Assembly: GCA_038124905.1 (NCBI GenBank)
Contig: JAYPCW010000001.1
Span: 1,824 to 46,970, forward strand
From: Candidatus Nanopelagicales bacterium
GTDB taxonomy: Bacteria > Actinomycetota > Actinomycetes > S36-B12 > UBA5976
Direction: 5' to 3'
Length of the DNA: 45,147 nt
The notes below the pieces were generated by a model. The model was given only the letters and a program-made list of their open reading frames with translations. It had not been told where the DNA came from and did not search any database. Positions 31,956-45,039 of this stretch are shown here, one piece after another; position 1 is the first letter of the stretch, and every line of letters starts with the position of its first letter. The position numbers and the translations under genes were made by a program.

Positions 31956-33431
31956 TTAGCCTCTGTTCTTCATAGCGAACTCTTCTTCGGGTGAGAGCAC
32001 TAGACGCTTACGCGTATAGAGGGCGAAGTAGAGCAGACCGATAACAAAAGCACCCATCAACCAAAGTACCGGTTCTTGATAATCCGGGCTAAATGGCAAG
32101 ACGATCAACACAACAATGGCGATGATCATCGAGACAGTTGCACCCCAGCTACTAACCGGGCTCAAGTAAGGTCTGTTAATGTTTGGCAGGTTCTTCTTGA
32201 GCAACAGATAGGCAACCATTTGAAGCGCATAAGAAATAACTGCACCAAATACAGCCATGCTCAACAAAGATCCTGCTAGCACTACGCCATCACGACCTGT
32301 AAGTATTGGTAAGAACACCACAAGTGCGTAGCCGATTATGGATCCCGCCACTAATGCCACAAATGGCACCTTATTTTTTTCTCGAGTCACACTCAAGAAA
32401 GTTGGGTAATAACCAGCCCGCGATAGCGAGTAGACGTTTCTACCAGCGGCGAACATAATTCCTTGGAACGAAGCCATTAAACCTGCCATCGCAAATAGCG
32501 AAAGCAATGGAGCAATAGCGTCGTTAGGAAATACTTGTCGCAAACCGTCGAGAATTGGTTCACCACTTGCGCCAATAACTTCGGCACCAAGTACACCAGG
32601 GTTTAGCGTCAAAACAATCAAGGCGCTAATAATCAGTGTGACCATACCCCTAAATGCACCAACCGGGATTGCTTCTTGTGGTGAGTGAGTTTCTTCAGCA
32701 GCAAGTGGTAATTCTTCGATACCTAAGAAGAACCAAATCGCAAACGGTAGAGCGAGCAAAATGCTTGCAACGCCATATGGCAGGAATGTTGAGCCACCCG
32801 CCTCAGGAGCGATATCAAATAGGTTGCTCACTGAGAAGTTTCCACCAACCAAAGCCACGATTACAAAAAAGCTGATGATTGCAAGAGAAATTATCGCCAT
32901 CCAAAATGCAAAGCTGAAGGATACGCTGACTCCAGAACCATTAATTCCCAAGAACACAAGGTAGAAAATTCCCACCCATGCCCAAAGCGGAAGTGAAATT
33001 CCAAATAGATCCGCGAAGATTGCATCTGCATAGAGGCCGGTAAAGACCCCAACAACTGCAGTCGTAACCACATATTCAATCGTTTCCGCAAATCCTGTTA
33101 TGTAACCACCCCATGGACCCATCGCACTTCTGGCGAACGAATAAGCACCACCAGTGTGTGGCAAGGCTGCAGCCATTTCGTTGATGCTATAGATCATGAA
33201 TAGATACATAGTTCCGATAATTAAGGTGGCAATAAACATGCCTCCCCATCCGGCTTGTCCGATACCGAGGTTCCAACCTGAGTAATGGCCAGAAATAACG
33301 GCCGCTACACCCAAGCCCCACAGTCCCCATGAGCCGGCATGGCGTTGTAAACCACGCTTATCGAAATACTCACTACTTGCTTGCTGGTAGACGACTCCAC
33401 CAGATCCTTTTTGTGACACTAATCCCTCCAT
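31956..33431 (-). CDS. APC-superfamily amino acid/amine permease (ethanolamine-permease-like)
   Basis: 491 aa with about 12 TM segments. The N-terminus YFDKRGLQRHAGSWGLWGLGVAAVISGHYSGWNLGI resembles Eat-type permeases. Confidence 0.65.
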   Translation of the reverse strand: MEGLVSQKGSGGVVYQQASSEYFDKRGLQRHAGSWGLWGLGVAAVISGHYSGWNLGIGQAGWGGMFIATLIIGTMYLFMIYSINEMAAALPHTGGAYSFARSAMGPWGGYITGFAETIEYVVTTAVVGVFTGLYADAIFADLFGISLPLWAWVGIFYLVFLGINGSGVSVSFSFAFWMAIISLAIISFFVIVALVGGNFSVSNLFDIAPEAGGSTFLPYGVASILLALPFAIWFFLGIEELPLAAEETHSPQEAIPVGAFRGMVTLIISALIVLTLNPGVLGAEVIGASGEPILDGLRQVFPNDAIAPLLSLFAMAGLMASFQGIMFAAGRNVYSLSRAGYYPTFLSVTREKNKVPFVALVAGSIIGYALVVFLPILTGRDGVVLAGSLLSMAVFGAVISYALQMVAYLLLKKNLPNINRPYLSPVSSWGATVSMIIAIVVLIVLPFSPDYQEPVLWLMGAFVIGLLYFALYTRKRLVLSPEEEFAMKNRG

Positions 33432-33536
33432 AAGGTGATAGTTCGGTCTTTCTAAGTGAGCAGATTAGGGCAAAAAGGTATATGAAAACACACCATTTGA
33501 GGAAATTTTTGGAACTTTAGTAACTTCGGTCACAAA

Positions 33537-34637
33537 TTACTTATTTTTTGGGACTAATTCAAAAATCCAATCGTGATTATCCGGCGCGTCACCCGTTTGT
33601 ATGGCTAGCAGATTTTCCCTTAATTTTGAGGTTATTTCGCCAGTCTGATTTTGATTGATGGTCCAATTGGCCCTGGTCGACATGACCTGGCCAACCGGGG
33701 TGATGACCGCGGCAGTTCCGCAGGCGAAGACCTCCTGGATCTGACCGCTTGCTGCCCCCTCGCGCCAATCGTCGATGCTGATTTTTCCTTCTTCAACCTC
33801 AAATCCAAGGTCCTTGGCTAGAGTCAAAATTGAATCCCTGGTTATGCCCGGCAACAAGCTGCCCGTGAGTTTCGGAGTAATTAATTTTGGACCATTTGCA
33901 GTCCTGAAGACGAAATAAAGATTCATTCCGCCCATTTCTTCAATCCATTTGCGTTCGGTAGCGTCAATCCAAACCACTTGATCGCAACCTTGTTCTGAGG
34001 CTTGCGCTTGGGCAATTAAGGATGCTGCATAGTTGCCAGCACACTTGGCTTCGCCAGTACCACCTACAGCTGCTCGAACATATTCCTCACTTAGCCAAAC
34101 TGAAACTGGTTTTAATCCCTTGGGGAAATACGCACCAGCAGGTGAAGCGATTAGCATGAAGAGATATTTATTAGCAGGCCTTACCCCTAAGCCAACTTCA
34201 GTGGCAAACATAAAGGGGCGAAGGTAGAGCGACTTTTCTTTATCACTTGGCACCCAAGCACTATCTATGCTCACTAATTCTTTTATTGCTTGAACAAAAA
34301 CTGCTTCATCGAGCTCTGGCATAGCCAAGCGTTTGGCTGAGCGGTTAAATCTTGCTGCATTATTAAATGGTCTAAATGCTTTTATGCTTCCATCTTGATG
34401 GCGATAAGCCTTTAAGCCCTCAAAAATTTGCTGGCCATAATGCAATGCCATATTGGCTGGGTCAATTTTGATTTCACCGTAAGGTAAAACTTTTGCGCTA
34501 TGCCAGCCTTTTTCAGCGTCAAATTCAATAGTGACCATGTGGTCAGTGAAACTTCTGCCAAAGCCAGGGTTTTCGAGTATTGCTTCGCGCTCTTGAGCAG
34601 ATTTGGGGTTGGTTGAGCGAGTTATGACAAATTCCAT
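33537..34637 (-). CDS. ilvE: branched-chain amino acid aminotransferase (class IV, long actinobacterial type)
   Basis: 366 aa. HYGQQIFEGLKAYR, YLRPFMFATE and GTGEAKCAGNYAASL are present. Confidence 0.9.
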   Translation of the reverse strand: MEFVITRSTNPKSAQEREAILENPGFGRSFTDHMVTIEFDAEKGWHSAKVLPYGEIKIDPANMALHYGQQIFEGLKAYRHQDGSIKAFRPFNNAARFNRSAKRLAMPELDEAVFVQAIKELVSIDSAWVPSDKEKSLYLRPFMFATEVGLGVRPANKYLFMLIASPAGAYFPKGLKPVSVWLSEEYVRAAVGGTGEAKCAGNYAASLIAQAQASEQGCDQVVWIDATERKWIEEMGGMNLYFVFRTANGPKLITPKLTGSLLPGITRDSILTLAKDLGFEVEEGKISIDDWREGAASGQIQEVFACGTAAVITPVGQVMSTRANWTINQNQTGEITSKLRENLLAIQTGDAPDNHDWIFELVPKNK

Positions 34638-34639
34638 CC

Positions 34640-35683
34640 TTAGCTCACCTCTTTTGCTAAAGCTTCCCCAATTTCAGTGGTAGAGCGTTTTTTATCGCCT
34701 CTTTGAGCAAGATCTTTAGCTACAGCTTGCTCGACTCTTTTTGATAAATCAGCCTCACCTAAATGATCTAGCAACATTGAAACGCTCAAGATTGCTGCAG
34801 TCGGATCGGCAATATCTTGACCCGCAATATCAGGTGCTGAACCATGCACCGGCTCAAACATCGATGGATTGACGCGATCTGGGTTGATGTTGCCGCTTGC
34901 AGCTAGGCCAATTCCTCCAGCTATGGCGGCTCCAATGTCTGTCAAAATATCACCAAATAAATTATCGGTAACAACCACATCAAATTTTTCAGGATTAGTT
35001 ACAAAAAACATGCTGGCAGCATCTATGTGTTGGTAAGCGACTTCAACATCAGAGAATTCTTCATGAACCTTTGCCAAAGTTCTGCGCCACATATCACCTG
35101 AATTAACTAAGACGTTTGCCTTATGCACTAAAGTCAAGTGCTTTTTTCTTTTTTGTGCTCTCTTAAAGGCATCTCGGATTACCCGCTCCGCGCCAAAGGC
35201 GGTGTTTAAGGATTCTTCGGTAGCAACTTCTTGCAGGGTTCCTTTTCTCATGACTCCACCTGATCCAACATATGCACCTTCAGTTCCTTCGCGAACTACC
35301 ACCATGTCGATATCTTTATCAGTTTTACCTGCCAAGGGGCCGGTAACTCCTGGGTAGAGTTTTACTGGTCGCAAATTCACGTAATGATCTAATTCAAATC
35401 TGAGTTTTAATAAAAGCCCGCGCTCTAATGGGCCAGGTGGAACTCTCGGGTCGCCCACTGCGCCTAGCAATATTGCATCAAATTTTTTTAGCTCTTGTAA
35501 TACAGATTCAGGTAGTGCTTCACCCGTTGCTAAATAGCGAGCTGCCCCGAGGTCATAATTTTGCGTTTGAATGGTCGAATCCCCGGCAGCTGATTTTAAA
35601 ACCTTAACGGCTTCTCGGGTGACTTCTTGGCCGATCCCATCTCCAGGAATCAAGGCAATGTTGTACTTTGACATATCAGCCAA
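34640..35683 (-). CDS. leuB: 3-isopropylmalate dehydrogenase
   Basis: 347 aa. [13 protein letters not shown], the NLRP motif, [26 protein letters not shown] and [10 protein letters not shown] are present. Confidence 0.9.
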   Translation of the reverse strand: MADMSKYNIALIPGDGIGQEVTREAVKVLKSAAGDSTIQTQNYDLGAARYLATGEALPESVLQELKKFDAILLGAVGDPRVPPGPLERGLLLKLRFELDHYVNLRPVKLYPGVTGPLAGKTDKDIDMVVVREGTEGAYVGSGGVMRKGTLQEVATEESLNTAFGAERVIRDAFKRAQKRKKHLTLVHKANVLVNSGDMWRRTLAKVHEEFSDVEVAYQHIDAASMFFVTNPEKFDVVVTDNLFGDILTDIGAAIAGGIGLAASGNINPDRVNPSMFEPVHGSAPDIAGQDIADPTAAILSVSMLLDHLGEADLSKRVEQAVAKDLAQRGDKKRSTTEIGEALAKEVS

Positions 35684-35730
35684 GCGTAGAGGCGAAGGGT
35701 TTTTGCTTTACCTGCTACCCTTGAAGACGA

Positions 35731-35756
35731 ATGTTTAACTGCTTGCTTCTCATTAG

Positions 35757-35772
<16 letters not shown>
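35731..35772 (+). CDS. candidate leuA leader peptide MFNCLLLISRSEA (three consecutive Leu codons)
   Basis: Found by hand as ATG TTT AAC TGC TTG CTT CTC ATT AGC CGC AGC GAG GCC TAA, 79 nt upstream of leuA on the same strand. Its 3' half overlaps a stable hairpin. Confidence 0.5.
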
Positions 35773-38884
<3,112 letters not shown>

Positions 38885-38886
38885 AA

Positions 38887-40473
38887 TTAATGCAAGTTAA
38901 CTACGCGAGCGTAACTTGCCTCAACAGAAGCTGCGACTTTTTCTAGTATTTCAGTTGGTACCGGAGTATCGACAGTTAGTACAAGTAAAGCGTTTCCACC
39001 TTGACGGTCTCTTGCTACTTGCATGGCGGCAATATTTATCTCTGCTTCACCTAAGATCGCACCAATTTTTCCAATAATGCCGGGGCGGTCAGTATAGGTG
39101 AATAGAACAAAGTGATCACTAAAACCTAAATCCAGAGTAAAGCCATTTATTCCAACAACTTTTCCAATGTGGTGCGGGCCGGTAATCGTTCCTGCGACTG
39201 AAAAGAAATCTCCGTTGGTAGTCGAAATACCAATTGTCACGAGATTTCGATAATCCGGGCTAAGGGGGTCTTTGTTTAATTCAACTACTACTCCGCGCTC
39301 CTTGGCCAGTAGCGGAGCATTCACATATGAAACTTGCTCATCTACTAATTGAGAAAAAATTCCTTTTAATGCAGAAAGTTCTAAAATTGCCAAATCATGT
39401 TCAATTAATTCACCAAAAACTGTTACCTTCACATGAGTGATGGCAGAATCGGCAAGCGCGCAAACTACATGCCCTAGGTCCTCTGCTAAGGGTAAAAGCG
39501 GTCTGACTTCTTCAGCAATTAAGCCGCCGCGAACATTCACCGCATCGGGGACTAATTCGCCAGATAGTGCGAGGCGCACACTCTTAGCTACAGCAATTCC
39601 TGCCTTTTCTTGCGCCTCATCAGTAGAGGCACCTAAATGAGGAGTTGCCACTACTTGGTCCAACTCAAAAAGTGGAGAATCCGTGCATGGCTCTTTTGCA
39701 TAAACATCTAATCCAGCACCAGCGACTCTTTTTTCTTTGAGCGCAACATAAAGTGCTTGTTCATCAACAATGCCGCCGCGAGCTGCGTTGATTATGTGAA
39801 CAGAAGGCTTAACTTTTTTTAGAGCGTCTTCACCGATTAAGCCAACAGTTTCAGAAGTTTTGGGTAAGTGAACGGTAATGAAGTCGCTTTGCTCAAGTAA
39901 TTCTTCAAATGAAACGCTTCTCACTCCCAATTGCGCAGCTTTTGCTGGCTGTATATATGGGTCATAAGTAATTAAATTAACGCCAAACCCAGATAGGCGT
40001 TGGGCAATCAATGCACCAATTCGACCAAAGCCCACGATTCCGACAGTTTTATCTGCTAGTTCAACGCCGGAAAACTTACTTCGCTTCCATTCGCCGCCAC
40101 GTAAAGCTGCATGCGCTGGTGAAATATTTCTCGCGCTTGCCAAAAGTAAGCCAATTGCTAGCTCTGCAGCAGAGGTAATGTTTGAAGTTGGCGCATTAAC
40201 CACCATCACACCGTGTGAAGAGGCTGCGTTTACATCTACGTTATCTAAACCAACTCCAGCACGGGCAATTACCTTTAAGTTTCTAGCTGTGCTTAATACT
40301 TCTTCGTCTACTTGTGTAGCTGAGCGAATTAACATGGCGTCCGCATTAACCACCTCTTGAAGTAGTGCTGCTCGATCGGTGCCATCTACATTTTTAACAT
40401 CAAAGTCTGGCCCAAGAGCTTCAACAGTTGCTGGCGATAGTTCTTCTGCAATTAAAACAATTGGTTTGGCCAT
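38887..40473 (-). CDS. serA: D-3-phosphoglycerate dehydrogenase (long form with ASB and ACT domains)
   Basis: 528 aa. VGIVGFGRIGALIAQR, INAARGGIVDE and TPHLGASTDEAQ are present. The C-terminal ACT segment is FTYTDRPGIIGKIGAILGEAEINIAAMQV. Confidence 0.9.
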   Translation of the reverse strand: MAKPIVLIAEELSPATVEALGPDFDVKNVDGTDRAALLQEVVNADAMLIRSATQVDEEVLSTARNLKVIARAGVGLDNVDVNAASSHGVMVVNAPTSNITSAAELAIGLLLASARNISPAHAALRGGEWKRSKFSGVELADKTVGIVGFGRIGALIAQRLSGFGVNLITYDPYIQPAKAAQLGVRSVSFEELLEQSDFITVHLPKTSETVGLIGEDALKKVKPSVHIINAARGGIVDEQALYVALKEKRVAGAGLDVYAKEPCTDSPLFELDQVVATPHLGASTDEAQEKAGIAVAKSVRLALSGELVPDAVNVRGGLIAEEVRPLLPLAEDLGHVVCALADSAITHVKVTVFGELIEHDLAILELSALKGIFSQLVDEQVSYVNAPLLAKERGVVVELNKDPLSPDYRNLVTIGISTTNGDFFSVAGTITGPHHIGKVVGINGFTLDLGFSDHFVLFTYTDRPGIIGKIGAILGEAEINIAAMQVARDRQGGNALLVLTVDTPVPTEILEKVAASVEASYARVVNLH

Positions 40474-40485
40474 AGCGTTATTCTA

Positions 40486-40626
40486 TTAAGCGCGTTTTCG
40501 ACAAGCATCGGAGCAGTACTTGACTTGATCCCAAGTTTTTTCCCACTTCTTGCGCCAAGTCATTGGCCTGTGACACACCACACAAACCTTTTCTGGTTTT
40601 GGTTTTCGTGAGATGTGCCTCGCCAT
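40486..40626 (-). CDS. DUF2256-type small zinc-ribbon protein (46 aa)
   Basis: Below the ORF-track size cut-off. Hand translation gives [46 protein letters not shown]. The CxxC...WRKKW...VKYCSxxCR pattern matches DUF2256 as recalled. The ATG is 5 nt after the ilvC stop. Confidence 0.7.
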   Translation of the reverse strand: MARHISRKPKPEKVCVVCHRPMTWRKKWEKTWDQVKYCSDACRKRA

Positions 40627-40631
40627 TTAAA

Positions 40632-41698
<1,067 letters not shown>

Positions 41699-41710
41699 CA
41701 GTTTAAAAAA

Positions 41711-42223
41711 TTAACTGTTGTGCTTTGCTTTGTCGGTTAGTGACTTTTGACCTCTGCCTACCGCCACCATGCCTGATTGTACTAATTCTTTAATTCCATA
41801 GGGCTCGAGAACCTTAACTAAGGCATCTAACTTATCTCGATTACCAGTGGCTTCAATAGTGACCGAATCTTGCGATACATCAACTACTTTGGCTCTGAAT
41901 AATGAAACGGTTTCTAAAATCTGTGATCTACTAGCAGGAGTCGTTTTTAACATAAACAACAACAGCGCGCGCATTAAAGAATTAGTTGAATAAAGTTACA
42001 CAAATTTTAAAAAATTAAATAAATTATTTAAAATTTTAGTTACTTGCTCTAATGGATGCGCTTCAACACTTACCACAATGGTCATGCGAGAAACTTCTTG
42101 CGACTCAGTCGGGCCCACCGCTAAAGATTCGATGTTGAAACCGCGGCGAGCAAATAAACTTGCGGTACGAGCTAAAACGCCTGGTTGGTTTTCTACTAAA
42201 ACACTTAAAGTATGGCGTGACAT
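41711..42223 (-). pseudogene. ilvN: acetolactate synthase small (regulatory) subunit, interrupted by a single in-frame TAA at 41996-41998; the track shows it as two ORFs of 75 and 87 aa
   Basis: ORF 41996-42223 is the N-terminal ACT domain ([40 protein letters not shown]...). ORF 41711-41974 is the C-terminal domain (...FRAKVVDVSQDSVTIEATGNRDKLDALVKVLEPYGIKELVQSGMVAVGRG). The two are in the same frame, because 513 nt makes 171 codons. The stop sits where homologues have the Glu of ...K(V/I)VE.... Whether this is a true pseudogene, a functional split or a sequence error is open. Confidence 0.8.
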
Positions 42224-43965
42224 TAGTCTTCACGCTCCCACTTTGGGGCGATGTCTCTGGCGTACTTAATGTCAGAGTTGCTGGCACCTGCTGCCACCAT
42301 TGGCCAAACCATTGCATCCTTATTAACTTGAAAGTCAATCACTACTGGAGCGTCGTTGATTCCTAGAGCCTTTTCAATAACCGAATCCACTTCATCTGGA
42401 TTGTCGCAACGCAATCCCACGCATCCGTAAGCATCAGCAAGCTTTACAAAATCTGGAAAACTATGTGACTGTAAATCCGTATTGGAGTAACGCTCGTTGT
42501 AAAACAAAGTCTGCCATTGACGAACCATTCCTAATGAGGAGTTATTAATTAACGCCACCTTTATTGGAATGTTATTGATTGCACAAGTTGCTAATTCTTG
42601 GTTGGTCATTTGGAAACAACCATCACCATCAATTGCCCATACAGTGGTGTCAGGTTGACCAACCTTCGCACCCATCGCTGCCGGTACTGCAAAACCCATA
42701 GTGCCAAGCCCGCCACTATTTAACCAAGTGCCCGGCTTCTCGTACTTAACAAATTGGGCAGCCCACATTTGATGTTGGCCCACTCCGGCAGCATAAATTG
42801 CATCTGGACCAGTTATATCTGAAAGTCTTTCAATTACATATTGCGGTGAAAGTGAGCCGTCGTTTGGTAAGTCGTATCCCAATGGATAAGTTTCTCGCAA
42901 ACGATTTAATACTGACCACCAAGCTTCGTAGTCTCCACTTACGCCTTTTTTTTGCTCGTCTTTAATTGCGGCAAGCAGCAATGAAAGAACTTCTTTAGCA
43001 TCGCCAACAATTGGAATATCGGCAAAACGATTCTTTCCAATTTCTGCCGGATCAATATCAGCATGAATTACTTTTGCTCCAGGTGCAAAGGTAGCTAAGT
43101 CTCCAGTTACCCGATCATCAAATCGCGTTCCTAAAGCGATTAGTAAATCGCTTTGTTGTAATGATCCAACTGCAGCAACCGTGCCATGCATGCCTGGCAT
43201 TCCAAGATGTTGCGGGTGCGAATCTGGGAACGCTCCCCGAGCCATCAGAGTGGTTACTACTGGAATTTGAGTAATGCTGGCTAATTCAAACAGCTCCTTA
43301 TGTGCGCCTGCTTTAATAATTCCACCGCCAACATAAAGCACCGGTTTTTTGCTGGAAAGAATTAGGCTTGCTGCTTCTCTGATTTGTTTGTTATTTGGTT
43401 TAATAGTTGGCTTGTACCCAGGTAAATTTAATTCTTTAGGCCAAATAAATTCGCTCTTTTTATTTAGTGCATCTTTTGAAATATCCACCAAAACTGGCCC
43501 TGGCCGCCCAGTAGAGGCGATATGAAAAGCTTCATGAATTGCATTTGGAATATCTTTTGGATCTGTTACTAAGTAATTATGTTTGGTTATGGGAAAGGTT
43601 ATTCCTCGAATATCTGCTTCTTGAAAAGCATCTGTTCCAATTGCTTGGCTGGGAACTTGACCAGTTATTGCCACCATTGGCACCGAATCCATATGAGCAT
43701 CGGCAATTGGGGTAACTAAATTGGTAGCACCTGGCCCGCTGGTAGCCATGCAAACTCCGACTTTGCCGGTAGCTAGGGCATAACCTTCTGCGGCGTGACC
43801 TGCTGCTTGTTCATGGCGAACTAAAATGTGACGAACTTTTTTGGAATCCATCAACGGATCGTAGGCAGGCAAAATAGCGCCACCGGGAATACCAAAAACG
43901 GTTTCTACTCCGGCCTCTTCTAGTGATCGAATTAAGCTTTGAGCTCCGGTTAGTTGTTCGCTCAT
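42223..43965 (-). CDS. ilvB: acetolactate synthase large (catalytic) subunit, biosynthetic type
   Basis: 580 aa. [12 protein letters not shown], the ThDP motif [15 protein letters not shown]...IDGDGCFQM...NN and an FAD-binding middle domain are present. Its stop overlaps the ilvN ATG by 1 nt. Confidence 0.9.
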   Translation of the reverse strand: MSEQLTGAQSLIRSLEEAGVETVFGIPGGAILPAYDPLMDSKKVRHILVRHEQAAGHAAEGYALATGKVGVCMATSGPGATNLVTPIADAHMDSVPMVAITGQVPSQAIGTDAFQEADIRGITFPITKHNYLVTDPKDIPNAIHEAFHIASTGRPGPVLVDISKDALNKKSEFIWPKELNLPGYKPTIKPNNKQIREAASLILSSKKPVLYVGGGIIKAGAHKELFELASITQIPVVTTLMARGAFPDSHPQHLGMPGMHGTVAAVGSLQQSDLLIALGTRFDDRVTGDLATFAPGAKVIHADIDPAEIGKNRFADIPIVGDAKEVLSLLLAAIKDEQKKGVSGDYEAWWSVLNRLRETYPLGYDLPNDGSLSPQYVIERLSDITGPDAIYAAGVGQHQMWAAQFVKYEKPGTWLNSGGLGTMGFAVPAAMGAKVGQPDTTVWAIDGDGCFQMTNQELATCAINNIPIKVALINNSSLGMVRQWQTLFYNERYSNTDLQSHSFPDFVKLADAYGCVGLRCDNPDEVDSVIEKALGINDAPVVIDFQVNKDAMVWPMVAAGASNSDIKYARDIAPKWERED

Positions 43966-44012
43966 TTATCGTCCTCTTCTTGGCCTAGTCTTTCACTTAC
44001 CTCACTCGAGTA

Positions 44013-44046
44013 ACAAAAAACCCCCCGGCCCTAAGGCATCGGAGGG
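44013..44046 (-). terminator. ilvB attenuator terminator (hairpin plus U-tract) between the leader peptide and ilvB
   Basis: The minus strand reads CCCTCCG-at-GCC-ttag-GGC-CGGGGGG followed by TTTTTTGTT. It lies about 45 nt upstream of the ilvB start. Confidence 0.7.
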
Positions 44047-44068
44047 TGGCGCGCTGGCTGGGTCTTAA

Positions 44069-44119
44069 CTAGCCGACGCGCTTACTAACTACTACGAGAT
44101 TGTTAAGCATGTGCCTCAT
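44069..44119 (-). CDS. ilvB leader peptide MRHMLNNLVVVSKRVG (Val/Leu-rich)
   Basis: Hand-translated 16-codon ORF containing LVVV. It resembles the Corynebacterium ilvB leader (...RLVVV...) and the Streptomyces leader ending ...KRVG, both from memory. Its 3' end overlaps an alternative hairpin (GCGCGTCGGCT / AGCCAGCGCGC). Confidence 0.65.
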   Translation of the reverse strand: MRHMLNNLVVVSKRVG

Positions 44120-44130
44120 AGGTTAACGCA

Positions 44131-44167
44131 TTAAGCCTGACCCCACAAGATCTGGGGCCAGGCTTAA
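44131..44167 (-). terminator. long hairpin immediately downstream of the DsrE-like gene (terminator of the sulfur cluster)
   Basis: TTAAGCCTG(G/A)CCCCA-7 nt-TGGGG(T/C)CAGGCTTAA forms a 15-bp stem, with one G-U pair in the minus-strand RNA. No U-tract. Confidence 0.55.
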
Positions 44168-44174
44168 TTGGCGA

Positions 44175-44699
44175 TTAGATGAATAACAGTTGCGCACCTT
44201 CAGTTAGTTCAATGAAGTCACTCGCACTGATGATGCCTTCAACATCGTCGCGCAGATCAGATGCTTCTAAGTGGTTCATGTCAGCACTCAAACGGCAAGC
44301 CCATAGATGTCCGCCGGAAGCAACTATTTGATCCAAGAAATCTGGGACTTCTGGCACTCCCAAATCTGCTATTTGTTTTTTCAGCATTTTGGTGGCCATA
44401 GCAGTCATTCCAGGTGCTGGAGCTAAAGATTGCGGAAGATGCATATCTTTAACTGGCAAGTGCATTGCAGTGTTACCAATTGGGCTAAATTGCAGATCGT
44501 TCATTCTAGATTTTGTAATCATGTCAAAACCCCAAAAGGTAAAGAATAAATGGGTTTCTATTCCTTCACCTAAAGCTGCGTTACCCAAAATCAAACCTGG
44601 ATAAGCCATATCCAAATTACCTTTTGAGCAAATTATTGCTAGTTTTCTATCTGTTTCGTTTTCGTCCGCAAAACTTGGGACGATACTTGGTGCAGTCAT
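44175..44699 (-). CDS. DsrE/DsrF-like sulfur-relay family protein (COG2210-type)
   Basis: 174 aa. LAIICSKGNLDMAYPGLILGNAA...FFTFWGFDM...GGHLWACRLSADM carries the conserved Cys in a DsrE-fold context. Confidence 0.6.
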   Translation of the reverse strand: MTAPSIVPSFADENETDRKLAIICSKGNLDMAYPGLILGNAALGEGIETHLFFTFWGFDMITKSRMNDLQFSPIGNTAMHLPVKDMHLPQSLAPAPGMTAMATKMLKKQIADLGVPEVPDFLDQIVASGGHLWACRLSADMNHLEASDLRDDVEGIISASDFIELTEGAQLLFI

Positions 44700-44711
44700 T
44701 TCATATTCCCC

Positions 44712-45026
44712 TTATACACAACCCTTAGGTTTTGGCAATCCTGCGATATAACTCATTTTCTTTGCAGGTTTTTTTGGAAACAAAGTAAATTGTTCTTTTA
44801 CTGAGACCCCGCCGACGGTTTGCACGCGACGAGAAGTCGCAGTCTCTCCTTCGGTTTTAAAGTCAGAACGCAAAAAGTTGATTACCTTCCAGTGGTCATC
44901 TGTTAACTCAATTCCGATTTGTTCGGCTAGAGCTTTAGCAATCTCTTCATTCCATTCGTCATACTCAGTTAGAAAACCTTCTTCGTTGACGTTTACTTGC
45001 TTGCCAGCAATTTCTACCTGTGGCAT
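44712..45026 (-). CDS. TusE/DsrC-family sulfur carrier protein (single C-terminal Cys, TusE-like)
   Basis: EGFLTEYDEWNEEIAKALA...LTDDHWKVINFLR, with the C-terminal end GLPKPKGCV. I prefer the ATG at 45026, which is 9 nt after AAGGGG, to the track's TTG at 45035. Confidence 0.8.
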   Translation of the reverse strand: MPQVEIAGKQVNVNEEGFLTEYDEWNEEIAKALAEQIGIELTDDHWKVINFLRSDFKTEGETATSRRVQTVGGVSVKEQFTLFPKKPAKKMSYIAGLPKPKGCV

Positions 45027-45039
45027 TTTGTTCAACCCC

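Noticed and set aside
41975-41995. A frameshift, or two independent small genes, as the explanation for the two ilvN-like ORFs
   Set aside because: Both ORFs are in the same reading frame. Together they reconstruct a normal-length IlvN with only one stop codon in between, so a point nonsense change or a base-call error is the simpler reading.
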